Shown here: positions 8,596 through 18,993 of the stretch, in pieces
Layout: each line of letters opens with the position of its first letter
Position numbering within the stretch: position 1 is the stretch's first letter
Source: an uncultured Actinomycetota bacterium
GTDB lineage: Bacteria > Actinomycetota > Actinomycetes > Streptosporangiales > Streptosporangiaceae
DNA: 64,000 nt
Direction of reading: 5' to 3'
Assembly (NCBI GenBank): GCA_963774945.1
Contig: CAVZHA010000015.1
Coordinates: 708,603-772,602, forward strand
The notes under the pieces: model-generated
Seen by the model: only the letters and a program-made list of their open reading frames with translations
Told to the model about the DNA's origin: nothing
The model's database searches: none
Position numbers and translations under genes: made by a program

Positions 8596-9759
8596 ATGAT
8601 TGCCGCGTATGCGGTGTTTTTCTACGGCGATGGGCGGATGGGTGACATGCGGCGTTTGTTCGCTATCGTAGCTTGCGGTTTGCTTTTGCTGATGGCTTTG
8701 GCGGGGTGCAAGGCGTTGTCGGTCAGCGCCGGCCCGACGGCGAAGGCGAAGACGGACTCGAAGTCGAAGTCGGATTCAAAGCCAAAGGCAAAGGCCAAGC
8801 CCGCGAAGTCGTCGCATCCGGCAGCGGCTCACCCGGCGGCGGCGGGCGGGTCGGGGACGCTGCAGGTTCTGGCCGAGCCCAAGGCCGGGGTCGGGGCGAT
8901 CTACAAGCTCATCACCGGTGCCAAGTCGTCGGTCGAGCTGACCATGTACGAACTGCGGGACACCACGGCCGAGAACGACCTGGCGGGCGACGCCAAGCGC
9001 GGGGTCGACGTCCGGGTGATCCTCGACAGTCACCTGGAGAAGTCGCGCAACACCGCCACCTACGGCTTCCTGGCCGCGCACCATGTGCACGTGACCTGGG
9101 CCGCTTCGGGCACGACGTACCACCAGAAGACGCTCACGGTCGACGGCAAGACGTCGATCGTGATGACGCTCAATATGGTGAGCGCGGACTACTCGGGCAC
9201 CCGCGACTTCGCCGTCATCGACACCAACCACGCGGACATCGCCGCGATCGTCGCCACCTTCAACGCCGACTTCGCGCACCGGGCGATCACCCCGCCGGAC
9301 GGGGCCGACCTGGTCTGGTCGCCGACCAACTCGCAGTCGTCGATCCTCGCCGTCATCAACGCGGCCAGGCACACGCTCTCGGTCGAGAACGAGGAGATGG
9401 GCGACTCCACCATCACCTCGGCGCTGGTGGCAGCGGCCAAGCGCGGCGTCAACGTGGAGGTCATCATGACCGCCGAGAGCGAGTGGGACTCCGCGTTCAG
9501 CCAACTGGTCAGGGCGGGGGCGCACGTCCGGCTCTACCGCAACAGCACCAAGGTGATCTACATTCACGCCAAGGCCGTCGTCGCCGACGCCGGACGGTCC
9601 GACCAGCAGCTGTTCGTCGGGTCGGAGAACTTCTCGAAGGCGTCCCTCGGCTACAACCGCGAACTCGGCCTGCGCACCGCCAACAAGGCGGTGATCTCGG
9701 TCATCAGCGCCACCCTGGCGGCCGACTACGCCGGCGCCAAGGCCTACTCGGCGAGCTAG
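8596..9759 (+). CDS. Phospholipase D-like lipoprotein
   Basis: Two HxKxxxxD motifs (HQKTLTVD, HAKAVVAD), GSENFS, and lipobox LAGC. The true start may be one of the downstream ATGs. Confidence 0.85.
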   Translation: MIAAYAVFFYGDGRMGDMRRLFAIVACGLLLLMALAGCKALSVSAGPTAKAKTDSKSKSDSKPKAKAKPAKSSHPAAAHPAAAGGSGTLQVLAEPKAGVGAIYKLITGAKSSVELTMYELRDTTAENDLAGDAKRGVDVRVILDSHLEKSRNTATYGFLAAHHVHVTWAASGTTYHQKTLTVDGKTSIVMTLNMVSADYSGTRDFAVIDTNHADIAAIVATFNADFAHRAITPPDGADLVWSPTNSQSSILAVINAARHTLSVENEEMGDSTITSALVAAAKRGVNVEVIMTAESEWDSAFSQLVRAGAHVRLYRNSTKVIYIHAKAVVADAGRSDQQLFVGSENFSKASLGYNRELGLRTANKAVISVISATLAADYAGAKAYSAS

Positions 9760-9853
9760 GCAGACTGCCTTGCCCATGCGGCCCCGGTGCCTATGCTGGG
9801 GGTGAATTGTCCGTGTCGCGTTCTGTGCCTGCGATGTTGGGAAGGGTTCTGAC

Positions 9854-11164
9854 ATGAGGCAAATCCGGATCGGTTCCGCTTTCGCCGGGGCGGCGGCGCT
9901 GGCACTGGCGCTGGCGGCCTGCACCACCACCACGACCGTGGTGAAATACGGCAGCAGTCCCGGTGCCACGGCTGGCGCGTCCGCGGCGGCCAAAGCCAGC
10001 CCGTCACCGACCGGGCCGGCGGTGACGATCACGCCGGGCGGAGGGGACCAGACGGCCGACCCGTCGACCGGGATCTCGGTCGCCGCGGCCGGCGGCACGC
10101 TCACGAACGTGACCGTGAAGACCTCCGGCGACACGGTGACCGGGTCGTACTCGGCCGGGCGGACCTCCTGGCACAGCGCGATGACGCTCGACGTGTCGCA
10201 GTCGTATACGGTGACCGCCGTCGCCACCGCCGCCAACGGCACCACGACAACGAAGACGTCCGCGTTCCGCACGCTGACCCCGGCCAGCGAGTTCACGGCC
10301 GAGATCTTCGAGGGGCAGGGGCAGACCTACGGGGTCGGGATGCCGGTCATCCTCACCTTCAGCCACCCGATCACCGATAAGGCGGCCGTCGAGCGGTCGA
10401 TCGAGCTGACCACCTCCAAGCGGGTGGTCGGCGCGTGGTACTGGGACGGGAACTCCACCCTCGACTTCCGGCCGCGCGACTTCTGGCCCGCCAACACCAC
10501 GGTCTCGTTCACCGGTCACTTCAACGGGGTGCTTGGCGCGCCCGGGGTGTACGGGCACCACACGCTGACCCAGTCGTTCGTCATCGGCCAGTCGGTGATC
10601 GCGGTCGCCTCCACCAGGACCCACCGCACCCAGATCTACATCGGCGGCAAGCTCAAGTACAACTGGCCGATCTCCACCGGCCGGGACAACGAGCCGACCC
10701 CGGACGGCAGCTATCTGACCGTCCAGAAGAACAACCCGGTGCGGATGATCGGCGGCGGCAAGAAAGGCTCCCCCGGCTACTACAACGAGCTCGTCAACTG
10801 GGCCGTGCGGTTCACCTTCAGCGGCGACTACTACCACTCGGCCCCGTGGTCGGTCGTCGACCAGGGCACCACCAACGTCAGCCACGGCTGCGTGAACCTG
10901 GCGCCGCCCGACGCCGTGATCTACTACAAGCTGGCGGTGCCCGGTGACCCGATCACCGTGACCGGCAGCCCGCGCCCAGGCAGATGGGATGACGGCTGGA
11001 CGGAATGGTTCCTATCCTGGAACCAGCTGCTTGGCGGGTCGGCACTGCACGAGGCCGTGGTGGCGGGCCCGCAGGGCAGCACGTTCGTGAAGCCGTCGAC
11101 CCTGAGCCCGAACACCGCCAAGACCCCGATCGGCACCGCGATGGCCGGCAACAACCTGGACTAG
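9854..11164 (+). CDS. L,D-transpeptidase lipoprotein with Ig-like domains
   Basis: Lipobox LAAC, TYGVGMPV, PISTG, and catalytic region HSAPWS...NVSHGCVNL. Confidence 0.92.
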   Translation: MRQIRIGSAFAGAAALALALAACTTTTTVVKYGSSPGATAGASAAAKASPSPTGPAVTITPGGGDQTADPSTGISVAAAGGTLTNVTVKTSGDTVTGSYSAGRTSWHSAMTLDVSQSYTVTAVATAANGTTTTKTSAFRTLTPASEFTAEIFEGQGQTYGVGMPVILTFSHPITDKAAVERSIELTTSKRVVGAWYWDGNSTLDFRPRDFWPANTTVSFTGHFNGVLGAPGVYGHHTLTQSFVIGQSVIAVASTRTHRTQIYIGGKLKYNWPISTGRDNEPTPDGSYLTVQKNNPVRMIGGGKKGSPGYYNELVNWAVRFTFSGDYYHSAPWSVVDQGTTNVSHGCVNLAPPDAVIYYKLAVPGDPITVTGSPRPGRWDDGWTEWFLSWNQLLGGSALHEAVVAGPQGSTFVKPSTLSPNTAKTPIGTAMAGNNLD

Positions 11165-12588
11165 GGGCGGCGGGGCGGGGGTGGAGGGCCGGAGGCTAGG
11201 CGGGGCGGGGGTGGAGGGCCGGAGGCTAGGCGGGGCGGGGGTGGAGGGCCGGAGGCTAGGCGGGCGCGGATGGCGGAGAGGTAGGCCGCGTAGGACCAGG
11301 AGAGGTTGCTGACGCTCTTCTCGTAGCCGGTGAACGCGTCGAACTGCTCGCTGAGCTCGAAGTGGTCGCTGTGGTAGATGATCGCGCCGAGCATGGCGTC
11401 GCCTGCCGCCCGCAGGGCGGTGGCGGCCGCGAGGGGAGCGGTCGCTGAGGTCACCCCGACCTGGGCGAGGAAGGGGGCGGAGAGAGAGTCGCCCGGGACC
11501 GTTCGGGATGAAATGATTTTGACTGCGACCCGGTAGTAGAGCTCGGCGAAGTTGGCGGTGGTAAGCGCCCACGGATGGTCGCCGACCAGGGCGTCGGTGT
11601 CGCCGTCGTAGACGTCGCCCGGGTAGCGGCCGAGCAGCGGGCCGAGGCCCTGGGCCGCGTCGGCGCCGTTGACCGGGTAGAAGTACGGCGACGAGGAGTC
11701 GGCCCACTGGGCCCGCAGCAGCGCCGCGGTCGCCAGCAGCCGGGGGTCGGTGACCGACTCGGCCCCGTAGACCGCCGCCTGGACGATGTCGATGTTGGGG
11801 TCGTAGGGGGCGCGGTAATCGGTCGGGGCCGGCTGCATCGACTGGTAGTACTGTCCGTTCCAGTGGCCGTCGAGCGCGCTCGCGAGCCAGGTCAGGGCGG
11901 TCGGTAGCCAGCTCGGGACCGCGATGCCGACGACGTTGGCGGCGACCGCCTGGAAGCAGCGGAGCTGGGCCGAGCGGGCGAAGAAGGAGTAGCCGTACTC
12001 CTCTTCCCACAGGTTGTAGGTCTGGCCCTGGTAGGCGGTCGCGAGGAACGCGAGGTTGGCGTTGATCAGGCCGGTCGCGATCGCCTGGGTCGGGGCGTCG
12101 AGCTGCCGGTACATGGCCAGCAGGGCGACCGTCTGCAGGGCCGGGCCGTCGGTCTGGTCGGTCCACGGGCGAGGGCGGCCATCGATGTAGAAGCTGGCCC
12201 GGTCGAAGTCGCCCGGCGCCGCCTGGCAGGTGGCGGAGAACGTGACGTAGTCGATCAGCGGCTGGTTGGTCGGCAGCGTGCCCGCGCTGTAGGCAGCCGA
12301 CAGCTCGAGCGCGACGATCGCGGCGTCGCGGGTCCAGTGGTACACGTAATCCTGGGTGACCTGGGTCGCGGTGTTCTCCCAGGAAGGGGAGGCGAGCACG
12401 CAGCCGGGGGCCGAGAGGGTGCCCGGGTGGACCGGGTCGTTGAAGACCAGGCCGTCGGAGGCGACGTTCCTGAACATCAGCCAGAACAGGTACGGCGCGA
12501 GCGCGGCCGGGTCGGTCTGCTCGACCGCCGCGTTGGCCTTGCCGTACGTCAGGCCGTTGCCGTCGCCGCTTCCTGAAGTACCGGGCAT
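11161..12588 (-). CDS. Glucoamylase, glycoside hydrolase family 15
   Basis: GH15 motifs YVYHWTRDAAI, DGPAL, YNLWEE and LSEQFD...LSWSYAA. The C-terminal RLASGPPPPP x3 comes from the tandem repeat. Confidence 0.9.
   Translation of the reverse strand: MPGTSGSGDGNGLTYGKANAAVEQTDPAALAPYLFWLMFRNVASDGLVFNDPVHPGTLSAPGCVLASPSWENTATQVTQDYVYHWTRDAAIVALELSAAYSAGTLPTNQPLIDYVTFSATCQAAPGDFDRASFYIDGRPRPWTDQTDGPALQTVALLAMYRQLDAPTQAIATGLINANLAFLATAYQGQTYNLWEEEYGYSFFARSAQLRCFQAVAANVVGIAVPSWLPTALTWLASALDGHWNGQYYQSMQPAPTDYRAPYDPNIDIVQAAVYGAESVTDPRLLATAALLRAQWADSSSPYFYPVNGADAAQGLGPLLGRYPGDVYDGDTDALVGDHPWALTTANFAELYYRVAVKIISSRTVPGDSLSAPFLAQVGVTSATAPLAAATALRAAGDAMLGAIIYHSDHFELSEQFDAFTGYEKSVSNLSWSYAAYLSAIRARLASGPPPPPRLASGPPPPPRLASGPPPPPRRP
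11169..11264. repeat. 30-bp tandem repeat x3 (GGCGGGGCGGGGGTGGAGGGCCGGAGGCTA)
   Basis: Directly visible exact repeats at the junction of the convergent ldt and GH15 genes. Confidence 0.9.
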
Positions 12589-12662
12589 ATGACAAACCCC
12601 CGTCCACGTCCGCCTCAGATTATCGGCCTCGGGTCGGGCGCGGACAGGGGGCTCGCGGGTCG

Positions 12663-15600
12663 TCAGCCGCCGTTTCCGATCATGTAACGGTAGGGCAGCG
12701 CCGTCACCTCGCTGGCGGTCGTGTCGGCGTCCGGTGCCAGGCCGGTGGCGACGTCATCGAGGTAGAGCGTGCCGCTGACGACTTCGCCCGCCGCCCCCGA
12801 CGGCTTGATCGTCACGTCGACGGTGACCGAGGCGCCCGGGTCAACCTCGACGATGTCCCGGTTGACCTTTGCGTACGCGCCCGCTCCGTTCGCCAGCTGC
12901 TGCAGGTCGCCGGTCTGCACGGTCATGGTCTGGTCGAACGCGAGGCTGGTCACGGTGACCGTGTCGGTCGCCGTGGCCGACCTGGCCTCGGCCAGGTAGG
13001 GGCCGCACTCGGTCGGCCCCGGCTGCCACAGCCCGGAGGTCACGTCGGCGGCCGGGGCGGTGTACGCGGCCGACACCGACAGGCCGCACAGCGAACTGGT
13101 GGACAGGGCGGCCGACGCGACGTCGGGGTCGCCCGCGTAGGGCGACAGGTCGGTCATGGCCGGCCGGGTCGAGGTCTGCCTGACCGTGACCGACGTCGAG
13201 TGCGAGGGCACCCAGTACTCGGGCGGGCCGGCCGCGCCGAGCGGCAGCGTCGACGTGTTCGAACCGGGGCCGAGGGCCGGGGTGAGCGGCGCCAGCGTCA
13301 TCGTCGCGGTCGTGGTTAGCCGGGGGTCGAGGAAGTAGTCCTCGGGCGCGGTCCCGACGTTGGTGATCGTGACCGGAATCGTGTCCGACGCCCCGCCGTT
13401 CAGCGTCCGGGCGGCGCTGTCGGGCAGGGTCGGGGCCGCCAGCCGGCCGGCCGGGGTCAACGAGATCGTGCCGGTGAACGGGTCGGCGACCTCGGTGCCG
13501 GGGGTGGGCGAGACGAAGTCCGCCACCAGCGTCCAGCTGCCCGCGGCGGGCTTGAGGACGGTCGCTTCCAGCTTCTTGCCGGTGGTGCCGTTCTCATCTT
13601 CGCTGATGTCGTAGTTCTGGCCCGAGCCGACGACGTTGCCGTCCGGGCTGACCAGGTACTCGCCGACGACCACGCCGCCGGTGCCGCCGAGCGGGTCGTT
13701 GGCGAGCGCCAGCGCCGCGCTGATCGCCCCGGTGCCGGGCCGGACGGTGAACGAGAAGTAATTGTCCTGGCCGACGTTCCCCTGGCGGCCGTTGCCGCCG
13801 GTCAGCAGCCCGCTGAACGTCCCGCCGGCGGCGGGGTTGACGAGCGAGCGCAGCACCACCGGGATCGAGGCCGGGCCGCCGAGGCTGGAGCTCAGCTCGA
13901 GCGACGCCGCGTAGTCGCCGGGCGCGGCGGGCGTCACGGCGGTGTAGGTCACGGTCTTGGACGCGCCTGGGCTGATGGTCAGCGTGGACGGCGTGACGGT
14001 GCCGAACGAGGCGAACCGCTCGGTCACCGCCTGCCAGCTGACCGCGCCCGTGAAGCCGCCGTCGGCACCGGTCACGTCGTTGACGACCGCCGTCCAGGTG
14101 CCGGCCGCGGGCGTCCGCACGTCGGCGTTGCCGTAGTTGCCGATGCCCTGCGGGTCCGAGTTGGCGGCGTAGCGGCCCTTGGGGTCGATCAGCGTCAGCG
14201 ACACCGGGGCGATCACGTTGCTGTCGGCCGGGTAGGCGATCGAGACGTCGAGCCGCGACTGGCTGGCCGGGACCGTGAAGTGGAAGACCGCGTAGTTGTC
14301 GGGGTAGTCGGCGAAGTCGATCAGCTGGTCGCTGGTTTTGTCGTCCAGCGTGACCGTGCCGGACTGCTTGTTCTGGTCCGGGCCGAGGGCGCGGCTGCGG
14401 AGGCTGACGGTCTGGGTCTGGTCGCCGGTGTTGGTCAGGGTGACCGGCCAGCTCTTGGAGGTGCCGGGCAGGCCGGCGTAGTCGAGCTGGTTCGCTGACT
14501 CAAGCAGCGTGTCGCCGGTCCTGGTCGTCCGGCTGATCGACTCGGCCAGCTGGACGGCCTTATAGCTGTTGAGCAGCCCGGCCCCCTCCTCCTCGGGCGA
14601 GATGCCGAGGTCGGTCGCGGTGGACAGGATGATCTGCTTGACCAGCGCGGGCGACGGGCTGCTGCCGCCGTGGGTCTTGCGGTAGGCCTGGATCACCAGC
14701 GCCGCCGCGCCCGCCGCGAACGGGGACGATTCGCTGGTGCCGCCGGAGATCTCGATCGACGAGGGGTTGCCGAGCAGCGAACTGCAGTCGGCGAACTCGG
14801 CCGTGTTGGCGTCACAGGAGGCCCAGCTCAGGTCGCCCGGGGCGACTAGGTCGACGGCCGCGCCCCGCTCGGTGTAGCCGCTCGAGCTGAGCCCGCTGAT
14901 GTTGTCGTCCAGCCAGCCGGTGGAGAAGTACCGCGCCAGCCCGTAGTTGGACTGCGCGTACATCTGGAACTGGGTCGAGGCGCCGACCGAGATCACGCCC
15001 GGGTCGGTCGCGGGCGAGCCGATCGTCGACATCGTGCCCGAGTCGCCGCTGGAGGCGGTGACCGTGGCGCCGGCCGCGGCGGCGGCGTTGTCGAAGAGCT
15101 TGATCACGTCCTGCGTGGTGTCGGGGAATTCGTTGTCGCCGAACGACTCGTTGATCACGTTCTACGTGGTCGTGCTCGACCGCGTAGTTAATGCGCCTCG
15201 GCGATCGTCGAGTTGGTGGTGATGTAGGCGTGGCCGGGGTCACCGGAGAAGACGTCAAGGCCCACCAGCGACGCGCCGGGGGCGACGCCCTCGATCTTGA
15301 CGTCGCAGCCGTTCGGGTAGCCCTGCTGGGCGAAGCCGTTGAGGTTGTAGACATGCGCGCCCTGGCCGGCGATGGTGTTCGCGTCGAGGAACGCCTCGCC
15401 GCCGTCGGTCGGCGCGCCCGCCCCGTCGCCGGTGAAGTCCTGGTAGTCGGCGAAGACCGACTTGCCGTTCTTGGCGATGAAGTTGACGTTATTCGGGTCG
15501 ACGCCGTCGGCGATGAACGCCACCTTCACGCCGGCCCCGGTGAATCCGAGCGAGCGCGCGGTGGCCGCGTTCGAACTGGCCGACGCCGTGCTGGTCAGCG

Positions 15601-16213
15601 CCAGGCCCTCGGGGGCGAGGTAGCTCTGCCCCTTGGGCGCGCAGGCGCCGGCGATGGTGTGCAGCGGCAGCGACGTGGTACGGGCCGGGGCGGGGCGCCG
15701 GGGGTGATGTGGTGGACCGTGGTGGTGCTCGACGTCGTGGCCGTCGTCGCCGGGGCGGGCAGGCCGAGGGCCGAGGCCGGGATGGAGACGGTCGCGTCGG
15801 GGATGACCTGGGCGACCGCCGCGTTCGCCGCCAGCCGCTGCTCCTCGGCGGCCGACACGGTCGCGGCGACCGAGTTGACCAGCGTGAACCGCTTGATGCC
15901 GGTCGCGTGGACCTCGCTCAGCTCGGTCAGCAGGGCCGACTGGCTGCCGACCACGGCCGCCGACCTGGCGCTGGCGGCCGGGGTGCCCGGGGTGGCCTGG
16001 CCGAACTGGTTCTTCAGGACCACGATGACCGGCCGGTCGACGTCGCGGGATAGCTGCGCGGCCAGGGTCGGCGACAGCGATCCGAAGGCCGGGTCAATCG
16101 TCCCGCTCGCGGCCCCCGCCGTCAGCCGCGCTCGCGGCCGCGGGCACGCCGCCGAGTACGGCGGTGGCGGCGGCGGACACGGCAAGAACGGACAACAACT
16201 TGCGTTTTGACAT
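12663..16213 (-). CDS. Large secreted S8 (subtilisin-like) peptidase with I9-like prodomain; frameshifted in this sequence
   Basis: Signal peptide MSKRKLLSVLAVSAAATAVLGG from ATG 16213, prodomain RPVIVVLK, GAGVKVAFIADGVD, GVAPGASL, SSGDSG and GGTSESSP. Fragments 15595-16299, 15188-15529 and 12663-15158 join after removing inserted bases near 16125, 15690, 15195 and 15163. Confidence 0.85.
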
Positions 16214-16695
16214 GGTCCCCTCGTCCCAAGACAGCGGCTCTGCTCGGCCGCGGCCCGTGCGACGCTACCGGAATCCCAGTAGCCGGTTCCGGGGAACACG
16301 GATCAAATTCGGCATTGATCTATGTTCTATCTACTGCTGGCCCTTTGGTTTGTCCGGAAATTAGTTTGAGCGAGCCGTTGGCTGGAGTAACTCCCGCATT
16401 AGCCCGTAACGGCGCGGTGGCGCAGTGACCGGAGGTGGCGGCCAGGGGCCCCGCTGGTTCGCCGCCGGTTTGCCTCGGTTCGCTGCCGGTTCGCTGCCAG
16501 TTCGCTGCCTCCGCGAGCGGAGTGGCGGGTGTGACGGATGAAACCGCGCCTCATGCCACGTGATTGTGAAATTCTGTTATTAGAACGAACATTTAAGAAA
16601 ATCTTCTGGTGGCCGACGCGGGGGTCATGTCAGTATGCGGATATGCGGCGACGTTCAGTGATGGCGGAGGCGGTGGCCGGCAGACGATGATGGCC

Positions 16696-17136
16696 CTAAC
16701 CCGGGGCGGGGGTCATGCCGAAGCGGGACATGAGCGCTCGTTCCTCGTCGGGCGAGGGAGGCTCGGGGCGGTTCCAGAGCTCGTGCAGGCCGGCGAAGTA
16801 GGCGTCCATCGCCGGCGCGTGGATCACCAGCAGCCGGGCGGGCTCGGCGCTGGTATTGCCGAAGGTGTGGGCGGTGCCGCGCGGAACAAGCACGAACCCT
16901 TCGCGGCCGACGGTGAGCTCCTTGCCATCGACGATGATCGAGACCACCCCGTCGAGCACGAAGTACGCCTCCGAGCAATTGGTATGGCGGTGCGGCGGCG
17001 GACGGCGGCCGCCGGGCGGCAGGGTGCGCTCCATCAGCGACAGATCGCCGCCGTCCAACTCCGCCACGGCCTTGAAGAACATGTCGCTGCCGCGAGCGGT
17101 GTAATGCGCGTGACCTTCACCGGGACCGAGAATCAT
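16696..17136 (-). CDS. Cupin domain protein
   Basis: Cupin motifs PPPHRH..SEAYFVLDG and VPRGTAHTFGN; GAGGAGG RBS before ATG 17136. Confidence 0.85.
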   Translation of the reverse strand: MILGPGEGHAHYTARGSDMFFKAVAELDGGDLSLMERTLPPGGRRPPPHRHTNCSEAYFVLDGVVSIIVDGKELTVGREGFVLVPRGTAHTFGNTSAEPARLLVIHAPAMDAYFAGLHELWNRPEPPSPDEERALMSRFGMTPAPG

Positions 17137-17395
17137 CGATGCCCCCTCCTCACGTCGATGGGATCGGCTCCCATCTTCCCGGCAGCGCGGCGATCGCGAC
17201 AACTGGGATTGCACGTAACGCACCTTCGTTGTGACCTAGCTATCATTGCTGACTCCTCATTCAGTCCGGAAGTCTCGGCAAACCCGGGCACCCCGTCAAC
17301 GCGGAGTACCGGAACTCTCGCTGATGGTCACGTGAACACCACGAATGCCCAAGAACGATTTCCGCTCCCGGGCGGGCGGGCAATAGGCTGGACCG

Positions 17396-18088
17396 GTGGC
17401 CGATTCTCTTGCATGTGACCGAGCACACTCGTTTAGCGCACGACTCTGGGACTCGGTCGGCGATATCTACCAGGCCATCCTGGCGCACCCGTTTATCACG
17501 GGGCTGACCGACGGCACGCTGCCGGTCGAGTCGTTCGCATTCTATGTAGTCCAGGACGCGCTTTACCTCCAGGACTACGCCCGGGCGCTGGCTGCGGTCG
17601 GAAGCCGCGCTCCGACATCGAACGCCATGCAGATGTTCGCGCGGCACGCGGCCGACGCAGTGGCGGCCGAACTCGAACTGCACGCGACCCTGCTGACCGA
17701 ACTAGGGATTTCCCTCGAGGACGTTAAGCGGGCCGAGCAGGCGCCGACCAACCGCGGCTATACCTCCTACCTGCTCGCCACCGCGCACGCCGGAACCTAT
17801 GCCGAAGGCGTCGCCGCGGTCCTCCCCTGCTACTGGATCTATTGGGAGGTGGGCAAGGAGCTGCTGCGCCTCGGCTCACCCGATCCCCGCTACCAGCGGT
17901 GGATCTCCGCCTATGCCGCGCCGGAGTACGGTGAGGTTGTCGCGTCCGTGATCGCGGAAGTCGATCGGATCGCGCCGGCGGTTTCCAGCGCCGAGCGCGA
18001 GCTGATGCGCCGCCACTTCACGACGACAAGCAGGTACGAGTGGATGTTCTGGCAGGCCGGTTTCACCCGTGAAAGCTGGCCGGTGTGA
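17396..18088 (+). CDS. tenA: Thiaminase II / TenA
   Basis: HPFITGLTDGTL, FYVVQDALYL, LPCYWIY and YEWMFW; exact start uncertain. Confidence 0.92.
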   Translation: MADSLACDRAHSFSARLWDSVGDIYQAILAHPFITGLTDGTLPVESFAFYVVQDALYLQDYARALAAVGSRAPTSNAMQMFARHAADAVAAELELHATLLTELGISLEDVKRAEQAPTNRGYTSYLLATAHAGTYAEGVAAVLPCYWIYWEVGKELLRLGSPDPRYQRWISAYAAPEYGEVVASVIAEVDRIAPAVSSAERELMRRHFTTTSRYEWMFWQAGFTRESWPV

Positions 18089-18492
18089 GTTCCGCATCAT
18101 GGGTCAACCACGGGAAACCCGACCATGGTCCATACCATTGACCAAGATTGTCCTAACACGCGCCCCCGTCTCAACGCTTACCCGCGATAGCAGGCCGTGA
18201 TCCGACCGTGATGCACCGCTTACGGCAATGCGATGCGCACGCGGTCGGGCCCGATCGCGAAGGCGGCGGGGATGAGACGCACGCGATCCGTCATGATTTT
18301 GTGTGATATCTCACCCGGATTGCCCGCCAGTCAGATATGATTAGCTTCGGCTAAGCGCTTGCACAAAGGCTCAGCAGCCGGGGCGGGGAACCGGCAATTG
18401 CGAAGGCTCGTGCGGGACGGGTGGGTCCGGCGCTCCTAACAGGACAGCCAATCGTTTATGATGGCTGTCGAAACAAGGAAGGCGGAATCCAA

Positions 18493-18840
18493 GTGGCCCA
18501 GAAGATCACGACACTCTTCATAGACGACATTGACGGCGGGGCGGCAGAGGGAACCGTACGGTTCGCGCTCGACGGTACTGAATACGAGATCGACCTGAAC
18601 GCGGAGCACTCGGAAGAGCTCCGCACGGCCCTCGGAAAGTACGTCACCCACGCCCGCAAGGTGGGCGGCGGCGCCCGTCGCGGCGGTCGCGTTGCAGGTC
18701 GGGCCGTCCGGGGGGCTGGCTCGACGCTGAACACGACCGAGATCAGGAACTGGGCACGCGAGAACGGGTACGACATTAAGGACCGCGGTCGCGTGCCCGC
18801 CGACCTGGTTGCCAAGTACCAGGCAGCCACCGGCAAGTAG
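18493..18840 (+). CDS. lsr2: Nucleoid-associated protein Lsr2
   Basis: MAQKI..DDIDG, YEIDL and IRNWARENGY..DRGRVP; AAGGAAGG RBS upstream of GTG 18493. Confidence 0.95.
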   Translation: MAQKITTLFIDDIDGGAAEGTVRFALDGTEYEIDLNAEHSEELRTALGKYVTHARKVGGGARRGGRVAGRAVRGAGSTLNTTEIRNWARENGYDIKDRGRVPADLVAKYQAATGK

Positions 18841-18911
18841 CGGATGCGCGTAGATAGACCCAATTTCTACGCATGCGCTTACCCGAGCTCAGTCGGCTCG
18901 TTATAAAGAGG

Positions 18912-18945
18912 AAACGCCCCCGGCGACATCGCCGGGGGCGTTTTT
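18912..18945. terminator. Bidirectional intrinsic terminator
   Basis: AAACGCCCCCGGCGA-CA-TCGCCGGGGGCGTTTTT lies between convergent genes. Confidence 0.85.
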
Positions 18946-18993
18946 ACGATTCACACGTTCTCCGCACGCCCAGGGCGAGCGGGGAGCGACGGC

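Noticed and set aside
16456-16510. Short 11-bp repeats (GGTTCGCTGCC)
   Set aside because: Short, degenerate, low-complexity run with no supporting context.
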